The translations under genes and the position numbers were made by a program. Shown here one piece after another: positions 41,866 through 50,312 of a stretch of 54,707 nt of DNA. A model generated the notes under the pieces. The model saw only the letters and a list, made by a program, of their open reading frames with translations, did not search any database and was not told the DNA's origin. The stretch's first letter is position 1. Each line of letters opens with the position of its first letter. Source of the DNA: an uncultured Alphaproteobacteria bacterium (GTDB taxonomy: Bacteria > Pseudomonadota > Alphaproteobacteria > UBA828); NCBI GenBank assembly GCA_913053235.1, contig CAJXFT010000003.1, positions 1 to 54,707 of the forward strand, in the 5' to 3' direction.

Positions 41866-41997
41866 ATGGCTGAGCACGACAAAGAAAACGGGTTGCCCGA
41901 AGGGGTGGCGACGGCGGACAAGGTCAAGGACAAGACCAAACCCTCAAACACATTGATGGCGCGCTGGGCCGAAAGCGCCGCCAAAACCGGAGACTGA
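41866..41997 (+). CDS. 43-aa small hypothetical protein
   Basis: GGAGGT SD (41856-41861) 4 nt before ATG. MAEHDKENGLPEGVATADKVKDKTKPSNTLMARWAESAAKTGD; stop lies 1 nt before the next ATG. Confidence 0.55.
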   Translation: MAEHDKENGLPEGVATADKVKDKTKPSNTLMARWAESAAKTGD

Positions 41998-41998
41998 T

Positions 41999-42946
41999 AT
42001 GAAAAAAAAGAAAATAGCCTGTATCGGCGTCGGCAATCTCGGCCGCGCCTGGGCGGCGATCTTCGCCCGCGCCGGCCATGACGTGGCGCTCTATGACAAC
42101 GCTGCCGGCGCCGTCGATGCGGCGCTTCCGGCCATCGAGAGCAGCCTCGCGGCGATGGCCGAAGCCGGCCTCGTCGACAATGTCGAAGCCGCCATGGGGC
42201 GCATCCGCGCCTCGGCAACGCTGGCCGACGCGCTTCAGGGCGTCGATCATGTCCAGGAGAGCGTCATCGAGGATGTCGAGGTCAAGCACGCGCTGTTCCG
42301 CACCCTCGACCGCGAAGCGCCGCCGGGCGCGATTATCGCCAGCTCGGTATCCTCGATACCGCCTTCCGAATTCATGGCCAATCTCGAGGGCGGCGGGCGC
42401 TGCATCGTCGCCCATCCGGTCAACCCGCCGCATCTCATCCCGGTGATCGAGGTGATGCTCGGGCCGTCGACCAGCGAGGAGACTTTCGAAGCCTGCTGCG
42501 CATTTCTGCGCGGCATCGGCCAGGTGCCGGTGCGCCTCAACAAGGAAATATTCGGCTATGTGCTGAACCGCCTGCAATTCGCCCTCATCCACGAAGCGCT
42601 GCATCTGGTCGATGGCGGCTATATCTCGGCCGAGGACATCGACAACGTCGTCAAATACGGCCTCGGCCGGCGCTGGGCCTTCATGGGGCCGTTCGAGACC
42701 AACCATCTCAACGCCACCGGCGGCATCACCGAATATTACGACAAGTTCCAGAGCGCCATCGGCGGCATCATCGCCGAACTCCACCGCGAGCCCCATCCCC
42801 TCAACCCGGAGCTGATTTCGCGCCTGGCGGAAGAGATGGAAAGCGCCACGCCGGTGGCCGAGGTGCCGGCCCGCCAGGAGTGGCGCGATCGGCAATTGAT
42901 GGCGTTGACCCGGCATTTCGGCGATATGCGCCCACGGCAGGAGTAG
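41999..42946 (+). CDS. 3-hydroxyacyl-CoA dehydrogenase family, lambda-crystallin/L-gulonate 3-dehydrogenase-like
   Basis: GVGNLG, VQESV.E...VK, ASSVSS, AHPVNPPHL, GYVLNRLQ, GLGRRWAFMGPFET.HLN. Confidence 0.85.
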   Translation: MKKKKIACIGVGNLGRAWAAIFARAGHDVALYDNAAGAVDAALPAIESSLAAMAEAGLVDNVEAAMGRIRASATLADALQGVDHVQESVIEDVEVKHALFRTLDREAPPGAIIASSVSSIPPSEFMANLEGGGRCIVAHPVNPPHLIPVIEVMLGPSTSEETFEACCAFLRGIGQVPVRLNKEIFGYVLNRLQFALIHEALHLVDGGYISAEDIDNVVKYGLGRRWAFMGPFETNHLNATGGITEYYDKFQSAIGGIIAELHREPHPLNPELISRLAEEMESATPVAEVPARQEWRDRQLMALTRHFGDMRPRQE

Positions 42947-43000
42947 TGGAAATAGCGGATGAGGAGTTGTTCGCACTTTCCAAGCGCCTTAATTTGAGCC

Positions 43001-44182
43001 ATGCTCCGGCGTATTCACCTTGACGCGGTCGGCGGTGTGGCCGGCGATATGTTCGTCGCCGCCATGCTCGACGCCCATCCCGGCGAGACCGACGGCGCGC
43101 TGGCCGCGGTTCGCGCCGCCGGCCTGCCGCAATCGGTCGATCTCCGCGTGGTCGCGCACCAGGATCACACCCTGACGGGAACGCGCTTCGAAGTCGCGCT
43201 GCCGGCGGAAAATGGCGGCGAGGATGTTACGCCTTTCAGTGACTTGCGCGCCCGACTCGCCGACGCCGAATTAACGGCCGGTACGCAGGCGCGTACGCAG
43301 GATATTTTCGCCCGCCTCGCCGCCGCCGAGGGCGCGGTGCATGGCGTCGGTGCCGAAGAGGTGACATTTCACGAAGTCGGCGCCTGGGATTCGATCGCCG
43401 ACATCGTCGCCGCCGCCCACCTCATCGAACAAAGCGGCGCGGCGCGCTGGTCGGTCTCGTCGCTGCCCATGGGTGCGGGAACGGTGAAAACCGCGCATGG
43501 CGATTTACCGCTGCCGGCGCCGGCCGTGGTCGAGCTGCTCAAGGGTTTTTCGCTGCATGACGACGGCCGCAAGGGCGAGCGCGTGACGCCGACCGGCGCC
43601 GCCATTCTGGCTCATTTGAGCCCCGAACAGGGCGCCGTGTACGGGCCTGAGCGCCTGAGCGAATGCGGCATCGGCTTCGGCACCAAGGTCTTTGCCGGCA
43701 TCAGCAACGTCCTCAGGGTGTTGGAATTCGAAAGCGCCGGCGCCGCTATCGCCGAGGATCAGGTGGCGGTGCTGCGCTTCGAAGTGGACGACCAGAGCCC
43801 GGAAGACCTCGCCGTCGGGCTGGATAATCTGCGCGCGCTGGATGGCGTGCTCGATGTCGTGCAATCGCCCGCCTTCGGCAAAAAGGGCCGCATCACGGCG
43901 CAGGTTCAAATCCTCACCCGCATGCACGCGCGCGAGGCGGCGATCGCCGCCTGCTTCACCGAGACCACCACCCTCGGCCTGCGCTGGGAAATAAGCCGGC
44001 GCGCCATATTGGAGCGCCAACACGCCGACGGCGTGAAGCTGGTGACGCGGCCCTCCGGGGTGACGACCGCGAAGGCGGAAATCGACCGGGCGGCGGCGGG
44101 CGGCGGCGGCCATGCCGGGCGCATGGCGCGCAGGCGCGCCTCGGAAGACGCCGCGCTCGACGGGAAAGATGACGATGACTGA
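43001..44182 (+). CDS. larC: nickel insertase of nickel-pincer (NPN) cofactor biosynthesis
   Basis: GVAGDM, FHEVGAWDSIAD, AHG.LP.PAPA, ERVTPTGAAIL, KKGR, ETTTLGLR. Confidence 0.9.
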   Translation: MLRRIHLDAVGGVAGDMFVAAMLDAHPGETDGALAAVRAAGLPQSVDLRVVAHQDHTLTGTRFEVALPAENGGEDVTPFSDLRARLADAELTAGTQARTQDIFARLAAAEGAVHGVGAEEVTFHEVGAWDSIADIVAAAHLIEQSGAARWSVSSLPMGAGTVKTAHGDLPLPAPAVVELLKGFSLHDDGRKGERVTPTGAAILAHLSPEQGAVYGPERLSECGIGFGTKVFAGISNVLRVLEFESAGAAIAEDQVAVLRFEVDDQSPEDLAVGLDNLRALDGVLDVVQSPAFGKKGRITAQVQILTRMHAREAAIAACFTETTTLGLRWEISRRAILERQHADGVKLVTRPSGVTTAKAEIDRAAAGGGGHAGRMARRRASEDAALDGKDDDD

Positions 44183-44981
44183 GTTGGCTGCCCTTGAGCA
44201 TGTGCTGGGCGGCATCGGCAGGGCCGCGATCGCCGTCAGCGGCGGCATCGACAGCATGACGCTGGCCACCGTCGCCGGGCGCCTGGCCGGCCATGACCAC
44301 ACCGTCTTCCATGCCCTCTCGCCCGCCGTCCCTCTCGATGCGTCGGAGCGTGTGCGCCGCCATGCCGCGCGCGAAGGGTGGAAATTGCGCGAAATAGATG
44401 CCGGCGAATTCGACGACCCGAACTACCGCGCCAACCCGGTGGACCGCTGCTTCTATTGCAAGACCAATCTCTATGACAGCATCGCCGCGGTGACCGATGA
44501 CAGCGTGCTTTCCGGCACCAATCTCGACGATCTCGGCGATTACCGACCCGGGCTGGAAGCGGCGCGCCGCCATGGCGTGCGCCACCCCTTCGTCGAGGCC
44601 GGCATCGACAAGGCCGCCGTGCGCGCCATCGCGCGCCATTTGGCGCTCGGCGACCTGGCCGAGCTGCCGGCGGCGCCCTGTCTCTCCAGCCGGGTCGAGA
44701 CCGGATTGCGCATCGAGGGCGATCAGTTGGCGCTGATCGACGCGGTCGAGAAATACGTCGCGCGGCGCCTCGACGCCCATACGGTACGTTGCCGCATCCG
44801 GCGCGAAAAGGTGGTGATCGAGCTCGACGCGTCCAGCCTCGCCGCGCTCGGCGATTTGGACGCGGTGGGTATCAGCCACGTTATTGCCGTCATGCTGCAA
44901 GCGGAAGGCATCGACAAGCCGCTGAATTTTCGCCCCTACCGCATGGGCTCGGCCTTTCTCCGGCCGGAGGCGCATGGCTGA
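44169..44981 (+). CDS. larE: ATP-dependent sulfur insertase of NPN biosynthesis (CxxC...C type)
   Basis: PP-loop SGGIDS, NPVDRCFYCK, GTNLDDLGDYRPG, APCLSSR. Start at ATG 44169 or 44175. Confidence 0.88.
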   Translation: MTMTELAALEHVLGGIGRAAIAVSGGIDSMTLATVAGRLAGHDHTVFHALSPAVPLDASERVRRHAAREGWKLREIDAGEFDDPNYRANPVDRCFYCKTNLYDSIAAVTDDSVLSGTNLDDLGDYRPGLEAARRHGVRHPFVEAGIDKAAVRAIARHLALGDLAELPAAPCLSSRVETGLRIEGDQLALIDAVEKYVARRLDAHTVRCRIRREKVVIELDASSLAALGDLDAVGISHVIAVMLQAEGIDKPLNFRPYRMGSAFLRPEAHG

Positions 44982-45624
44982 GCGCGATATCAAGCTCGAC
45001 CTCGAGCGCCGCCAACGCCTCGGCTTCGACGAGGCGATCCTGTGCGCCGGAAAATCGGGCGCGCATCTGGTCGCCATTCTCGAACAGGCGGGAGAGGGCA
45101 GCCTGCTGTTGACGCGCCTGGATGCGGATGCCGTGGCCGCCCTGCCGCCGGCGCTGGCCGAACAAATAGACTACGAGCCGCTGTCGCGCACAGGCTTTTT
45201 CGGCAGCGTGGCGGTGCCCACCGGCACCGCCGATATCGCCATCGTCACCGCCGGCACCTCGGATGTGCGGGTCAGCCGCGAGACGGCGCGCACGCTCGCC
45301 TATTACGGCGCGCCGAGCCTGGAGATCAGCGATGTCGGCGTCGCCGGGCTGTGGCGCCTGATGGAGCGCATCGACGAAATCAAGCGCCACCGGATTATCA
45401 TCGCCGTCGCCGGGCTCGACGCGGCGCTGCCCAGCGTCATCGGCGGGTTGGTGCCGGGCCTGGTGATCGCGGTGCCGACCTCGACCGGCTACGGCGCCGC
45501 ACGCGGCGGCGAGACCGCCCTGTTCTCCTCCCTGGTAAGCTGCGCGCCGGGCGTGGTGGTGGTCAATATCGACAACGGCTACGGCGCCGCCTGCGCCGCG
45601 CTGAGAGCCCTGCGCGGTAGATAA
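44974..45624 (+). CDS. larB: NaAD carboxylase/hydrolase of NPN biosynthesis (PurE-like)
   Basis: R.RLGFDE.I..AGK, AGTSD, DVGVAGLWRL, AGLDAALPSV, AVPTSTGYG, SCAPGV.VVNIDNGYGAA. Confidence 0.92.
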   Translation: MAERDIKLDLERRQRLGFDEAILCAGKSGAHLVAILEQAGEGSLLLTRLDADAVAALPPALAEQIDYEPLSRTGFFGSVAVPTGTADIAIVTAGTSDVRVSRETARTLAYYGAPSLEISDVGVAGLWRLMERIDEIKRHRIIIAVAGLDAALPSVIGGLVPGLVIAVPTSTGYGAARGGETALFSSLVSCAPGVVVVNIDNGYGAACAALRALRGR

Positions 45625-45627
45625 TGA

Positions 45628-45663
45628 ATAAGCCCTTCTTCCCCGGGGGGAAGAAGGGCTTAT
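45628..45663. terminator. bidirectional intrinsic terminator candidate between convergent larB and ilvD-family gene
   Basis: 17-bp perfect inverted repeat ATAAGCCCTTCTTCCCC-gg-GGGGAAGAAGGGCTTAT. Confidence 0.75.
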
Positions 45664-47417
45664 CACAATGGCGCGGTTGCGCCGCTCGGCTCGCCGGCCA
45701 GGATATCCAAATCGCAGCCCTTGTCGGCCTGCTGCACATGGGCGAGATGCATGGCGAGCCAGCCGCGCTCGGCGCCGGTGTGCGGCGGCGGCGGGGTCCA
45801 GGCGGCGCGGCGCGCTTCCAGTTCTTGGTCCGAGACAAGCACATCGACGCGCCGCGCCGGCACGTCGAGGCGGACCCTATCGCCGTTCTTGACCAGCGCC
45901 AACGGGCCGCCGACCGCGGCCTCGGGACAGAGGTGCAAAACAATGGCGCCGAACGCGGTGCCGCTCATGCGGGCGTCGGAAATGCGCAGCATGTCCTTGA
46001 CCCCGGCCTCGGCGAGCTTTTTGGGAATCGGGATGTAACCGGCCTCGGGCATGCCTGGCGCTCCCTTCGGCCCGGCGTTGCGCAGCACCAGCACGTCGTC
46101 AGGCGTCACGTCGAGGGCCGGATCGTCGATGCGCTCGGCGAGATCGTCGAGCGAATCGAAAACCACGGCGCGGCCCTCATGGCTGAGGAGCGCCGGCGTC
46201 GCCGCCGAATGTTTGATGATCGCGCCGTCCGGCGCCAGATTGCCGTTGAGAACGGCGATACCACCCTCCGCATGGAGCGGATTGTCCTTCGCGCGCACCA
46301 CCTCTTGCGGCCAGGCCGGCGCCGCAGCGGCCAACTCCTCGCCCAAGCTGCGCCCGGTCACGGTCAGGCAATCGAGATTGAGGAGCGGCGCCAGTTCGCG
46401 CAGGATCGGCGCCATGCCGCCGGCCTTGTTGAGATCCTCCATGTAATGCGCGCCGGACGGTTTGAGATCGAGCAGCACCGGCGTCTCGCGCCCCAAACGG
46501 TCGAATGCGCCGTAATCGATTTCGATGCCGAGGCGGCCGGCCAGGGCGGCGAGATGGATGACGCCGTTGGTCGAGCCGCCGATCGCCAGCAGCACCCTGA
46601 AGGCGTTGGTGAGCGCGGCGGGGGTGATGATCTGGCGCGGCTTCGGCCCGCCATTTTCGATCATGCGGACGGCCTGGGCGCCGCTTTCGCTGGCGTTGCG
46701 CAAACGGTCGGAATGGACCGCCGGGATGGCGGCGCCGCCCGGCAGCATCATGCCGAGCGCCTCGGTGATGCAGGCCATGGTGCTCGCCGTGCCCATCACC
46801 ATGCAGGTGCCCGACGTCGGCATCAGGCGGCCCGAGATTTCGTCGATCTCCGCCGCGTTGAGGCGCCCGCCGCGATGCTCGCCCCACAGACGCCGGCAGT
46901 CGGTGCAGGCGCCGAGCCGCTCGCCCCGGTGGCTGCCGGTCATCATCGGGCCGGTGACGAGCAGGATGGCCGGCACATTTGCGCTCGCCGCCGCCATCAA
47001 CTGGGCCGGCACCGTCTTGTCGCAGCCGCCGATAAGCACCACCGAATCGACCGGATGGGCGCGGATCATCTCCTCGGTGTCGATCGCCATCAGATTGCGG
47101 AACAGCATGCTGGTCGGGTTGAGGAAGGGCTCGCCCAACGAGATGGTGGGGAATTCGAGCGCCAGGCCGCCGGCGGCGGTGACGCCGCGCTTCACCGCCT
47201 CGACGAGCTGCGGCACGGTGCCGTGGCAACTGACCATGCCGCTCGCCGTATTGGCGATGCCGACGACCGGGCGCTCCAGCTCCTCGTCGCCGTAGCCCAA
47301 GGATTTGGCGAAGGATTTGCGCAAAAAATAGGAGAAGCCGGCATCGCCATAGCTGGTCAGCGAGCCTCTGAGGCCGTCGGATTTCTTTTTCACTTTTCCC
47401 CCGTCGGAATTTGCCAT
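45663..47417 (-). CDS. IlvD/Edd family dehydratase (probably a sugar-acid dehydratase)
   Basis: 584 aa. CH, FPTISLGE, MLFRNL, GGCDKT, GTCMVMGTASTM, GGSTN, GPKGAPGMPE, SDARMSGT. Confidence 0.9.
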   Translation of the reverse strand: MANSDGGKVKKKSDGLRGSLTSYGDAGFSYFLRKSFAKSLGYGDEELERPVVGIANTASGMVSCHGTVPQLVEAVKRGVTAAGGLALEFPTISLGEPFLNPTSMLFRNLMAIDTEEMIRAHPVDSVVLIGGCDKTVPAQLMAAASANVPAILLVTGPMMTGSHRGERLGACTDCRRLWGEHRGGRLNAAEIDEISGRLMPTSGTCMVMGTASTMACITEALGMMLPGGAAIPAVHSDRLRNASESGAQAVRMIENGGPKPRQIITPAALTNAFRVLLAIGGSTNGVIHLAALAGRLGIEIDYGAFDRLGRETPVLLDLKPSGAHYMEDLNKAGGMAPILRELAPLLNLDCLTVTGRSLGEELAAAAPAWPQEVVRAKDNPLHAEGGIAVLNGNLAPDGAIIKHSAATPALLSHEGRAVVFDSLDDLAERIDDPALDVTPDDVLVLRNAGPKGAPGMPEAGYIPIPKKLAEAGVKDMLRISDARMSGTAFGAIVLHLCPEAAVGGPLALVKNGDRVRLDVPARRVDVLVSDQELEARRAAWTPPPPHTGAERGWLAMHLAHVQQADKGCDLDILAGEPSGATAPL

Positions 47418-47455
47418 AAAACAGAGCTGAAAAAACAGTAATGCGGGGGGCCATA

Positions 47456-48331
47456 ATGGTCGAGATCGAATGCGTGGTGGATTGCAGGAATGTGCTCGGC
47501 GAGGGCCCGGTCTGGTGCCCCGACGAGAAGGCGCTCTACTGGGTCGATATCAAGGGCAAATCGATCAACCGCTTGACGCCGGCTTCAGGCGAGGTCGAAA
47601 CCTGGCCGGTGGAAGAAGAGCCGGGTTCGCTGGCGCTGCGCCGGGGTGGCGGGCTGATGGTGGCGTTTTACGGCGGCTTCCGCACCTACGATCTCGACAG
47701 CGGCGCCATCGAGACGGTCCACGAGATCGAGGCGGATATGCCCGGAACCCGCCTCAATGACGGGCGCTGCGACCGCCAGGGCCGGTTTTGGGCCGGCAGC
47801 ATGGACAATCTGATGGTGGAACCGCTCGGCGGTCTTTACCGGCTCGACACCGATCTCAGCGTGCACAAGACGGAGAGCAACATCATCTGCTCCAACTCCC
47901 TCGCCTTCAGCCCCGACGGCGCCATTCTCTACTATGCCGATCTCGGCATCGACACCATCTGGGCCTATGACCTGGACATCGCCAACGGTGAGATCACGAA
48001 TCGCCGCGTGTTCGCCACGACGGAGGACATGCGGGGCAGCCCGGACGGCTCGGCCGTCGATGCGGAGGGCTATCTGTGGAACGCCATGTGGGACGGCTGG
48101 TGCCTGGCGCGCTGGGCGCCGGACGGGACGCTGGAGCGCACCATCGAGCTCCCCGTTCAGCGCCCGACCTGCCCGATGTTCGGCGGCGAGGGGCTCGACA
48201 TTATCTATCTCACCTGCGCCAGCATCTTTTTGAGCGACGAGGATTTGGCCAAGCAGCCGCAAGCGGGCGGCGTCTTCGCCATCACCGGCACCGGCGCCAC
48301 CGGCCTGCCCGAGCCGCGTTTTGCCGGTTAA
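47456..48331 (+). CDS. SMP-30/gluconolactonase/LRE family lactonase
   Basis: LGEGPVW, LYWVDI, RLNDGRCD..GRFWAGSM, SNSLAFSPDG, PDGSAVDAEG, PTCPMFGG. Confidence 0.92.
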   Translation: MVEIECVVDCRNVLGEGPVWCPDEKALYWVDIKGKSINRLTPASGEVETWPVEEEPGSLALRRGGGLMVAFYGGFRTYDLDSGAIETVHEIEADMPGTRLNDGRCDRQGRFWAGSMDNLMVEPLGGLYRLDTDLSVHKTESNIICSNSLAFSPDGAILYYADLGIDTIWAYDLDIANGEITNRRVFATTEDMRGSPDGSAVDAEGYLWNAMWDGWCLARWAPDGTLERTIELPVQRPTCPMFGGEGLDIIYLTCASIFLSDEDLAKQPQAGGVFAITGTGATGLPEPRFAG

Positions 48332-48334
48332 TTC

Positions 48335-48365
48335 TGTAATTAAGGTGCCAGCATACTTAATTACA
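48335..48365. other. AT-rich inverted repeat (terminator or operator candidate)
   Basis: TGTAATTAAG-N11-CTTAATTACA, 10-bp perfect arms, just after the lactonase stop. Confidence 0.5.
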
Positions 48366-48430
48366 ATCGCGGGGAGAGCCGCGCGGTGGGGATTTGTCGT
48401 GCGGCATTAAAGGGGCGGCGGCGATGATCT

Positions 48431-48530
48431 GGGTGCACGGGCGCCACACTTGAACGCACATTTTTGTATGGCCGTGCGGCGGGCCTTCCAGTTCAAAGCC
48501 CGCTCTTTACCTCGTGGCCGCCCGTGCACC
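48431..48530 (-). ncRNA. candidate structured non-coding RNA (three-way junction)
   Basis: A 12+4-bp closing stem encloses two hairpins. G-U extensions favour the minus strand. Upstream lie a TGnTAGCAT extended -10 and a TTGACA. Confidence 0.45.
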
Positions 48531-48806
48531 GCCATGCTACCAAGATCGAGAAAAAAAGCTTGTCAATTTTATCTGCCGCCCGCGAGAGCATCCATTGCCG
48601 AGGCGAAAAGCTCTGGAAAATGAATTGCCGCTGCCCCGTGCTATATTGCGGACGGGGGCGATTGTGCAAACCCTATTTGCCAACGAGACGAATTTTTTTG
48701 TGTTTTATTACAATAGCATAAATTATTTTCTTCTGCTCACCGTCGGAATTCGGTCGGCGCGCGCGGACTGCCGGAGCCGCGCTTTGCGGGCTGAGAATAT
48801 GCGCCT

Positions 48807-50288
48807 ATGAACGGCGGAGAGGCACTGGTCGCGACGCTGGTGGAACATGGCGTGGAGGTCGGATTCTGCGTTCCCGGTGAGAGCTATCTCACCGTGCTGG
48901 AGGCGCTCCGCCGGGCCCGCGGCCGCATCCGCCTGGTCCTCAACCGCCATGAATCCGGCGCCACCTTCGCGGCGGAAGCCTATGCCAAGGCGACCGCCAG
49001 GCCCGGCATCGCCTTCGTCACGCGCGGCCCCGGCGCCACCAATGCCTCGATCGGCCTGCATACGGCGAAGCAGGATTCGACGCCGCTGGTTCTCTTCATC
49101 GGCCATGTGCCGACGGCTGAGATGGGGAGGGAGGCGTTCCAGGAAATCGACTATCCGGCCGCTTTCGGCCCGATGACCAAGCGCGTGATCGAAGTCATGC
49201 GCCCGCAGGATGTCGCGGCGGCGACGGCGGAAGCGCTTGGCGAATCAATCGCCGGGCGGCCCGGGCCGGTCGCCGTCGTGCTGCCGGAGGATGTCACGGA
49301 AGGCGAGGCCGGCGCGCCTCACATTCCCGGCGCCGAACCGCGCGTTGCCCTCAAGCCCGATCCGCAAAGCGTCGCGACGGCGGCGCCGTTGATCGGTGCG
49401 GCGCGTCACCCCGTCATCATCGGCGGCGAACAGGTCAATTTCGAGGCCGCGCATGGCGCCCTGGCGCGCTTCGCCGAGGCGGCCGGCGCCGGTGTGGTCA
49501 GCGCCTTTCGCCGCCAGGATATCCTGGCTCACGAAGATGCCGCCAATCTCGGCCATTTCGGCCTTCGCCTGGCGCCCTATCAGGAGAAATTCTGGGCCGA
49601 TGTCGATCTCGTCATATTGGCCGGCGCGCGGCCCGACGGCGCGACGTTGCAGGGGTTTTCGCTGCTGCGCGCCGACCAGAACGTGATCCACATCTATCCG
49701 GAGGGCGCGGCCTTCGCCCAATCTTCTCCGCGCGTCGCGCTCGAAGCCGATGTTGGCGCCAGCCTGGAGGCGCTCGGCGAACATCTGCAAGGCGCGCCCG
49801 CAAAAGGCCGCCTGGCCTGGCGCGCGGCGCGCCACGACGAGCATATCGCCTACACCACGCCCGGCCTCGGCGCCATGGGATACGCGGTGCCGGGCGCCAT
49901 CGGCGCGCAGCTGGCGCGCCCCGATTCCGAGACCGTCGCCCTGGTCGGCGATGGCGGCTTCCTCATGACCGGGCAGGAGATCGTCACCGGCGTGCAGCAA
50001 AAGCTGCCGTTTACGGTGCTGCTGTTCGACAACGGCATGTACGGCTCCATCGCCACCCATCAATATCGCCGCGGCGGGCGCGAGGCGCTCTACGGCACGG
50101 TGATGAACAGCCCGGATTTCGCTGGCCTGGCCCGGGCTTACGGCGCCGCCGCCTGGTGTGTGGAACGGACCGCGGATTTCCCCGCCGCCCTGGACGCGGC
50201 GTTGGCCGAGGGCGGCCGCCCTTCGCTGATCCACATCAAGACCGACATGCGCGATCTCAGCGCCAGCGGGCCGCAGATGGATGAGTGA
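48807..50288 (+). CDS. thiamine-diphosphate-binding enzyme (acetolactate synthase-like) with an apparent in-frame internal deletion
   Basis: VPGESYL, RHESGA, TRGPGATNA, EAFQEIDY, GAMGY, GDGGFLM...DNGMYG. Only 493 aa; the segment normally preceding the GxMG motif is missing near 49860. Confidence 0.8.
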   Translation: MNGGEALVATLVEHGVEVGFCVPGESYLTVLEALRRARGRIRLVLNRHESGATFAAEAYAKATARPGIAFVTRGPGATNASIGLHTAKQDSTPLVLFIGHVPTAEMGREAFQEIDYPAAFGPMTKRVIEVMRPQDVAAATAEALGESIAGRPGPVAVVLPEDVTEGEAGAPHIPGAEPRVALKPDPQSVATAAPLIGAARHPVIIGGEQVNFEAAHGALARFAEAAGAGVVSAFRRQDILAHEDAANLGHFGLRLAPYQEKFWADVDLVILAGARPDGATLQGFSLLRADQNVIHIYPEGAAFAQSSPRVALEADVGASLEALGEHLQGAPAKGRLAWRAARHDEHIAYTTPGLGAMGYAVPGAIGAQLARPDSETVALVGDGGFLMTGQEIVTGVQQKLPFTVLLFDNGMYGSIATHQYRRGGREALYGTVMNSPDFAGLARAYGAAAWCVERTADFPAALDAALAEGGRPSLIHIKTDMRDLSASGPQMDE

Positions 50289-50312
50289 AGGGACCGGGCG
50301 GGCGGGCCGGCG

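Noticed and set aside
48328-48343. TTAA-N-TTAA as a CtrA box, or the adjacent inverted repeat as a dif site
   Set aside because: The spacer is 8 nt instead of 7, and the arms do not resemble XerC/XerD sites.
48431-48530. tRNA (GTTCAAGT on the minus strand) or retron msr-msd interpretation of the structured element
   Set aside because: There is no T-stem pairing, cloverleaf or CCA end, and no reverse transcriptase in the window.
48464-48810. 85-aa and 98-aa ORFs in the intergenic gap
   Set aside because: No SD, atypical codon use and no motifs; they overlap the structured element and promoter-like DNA.
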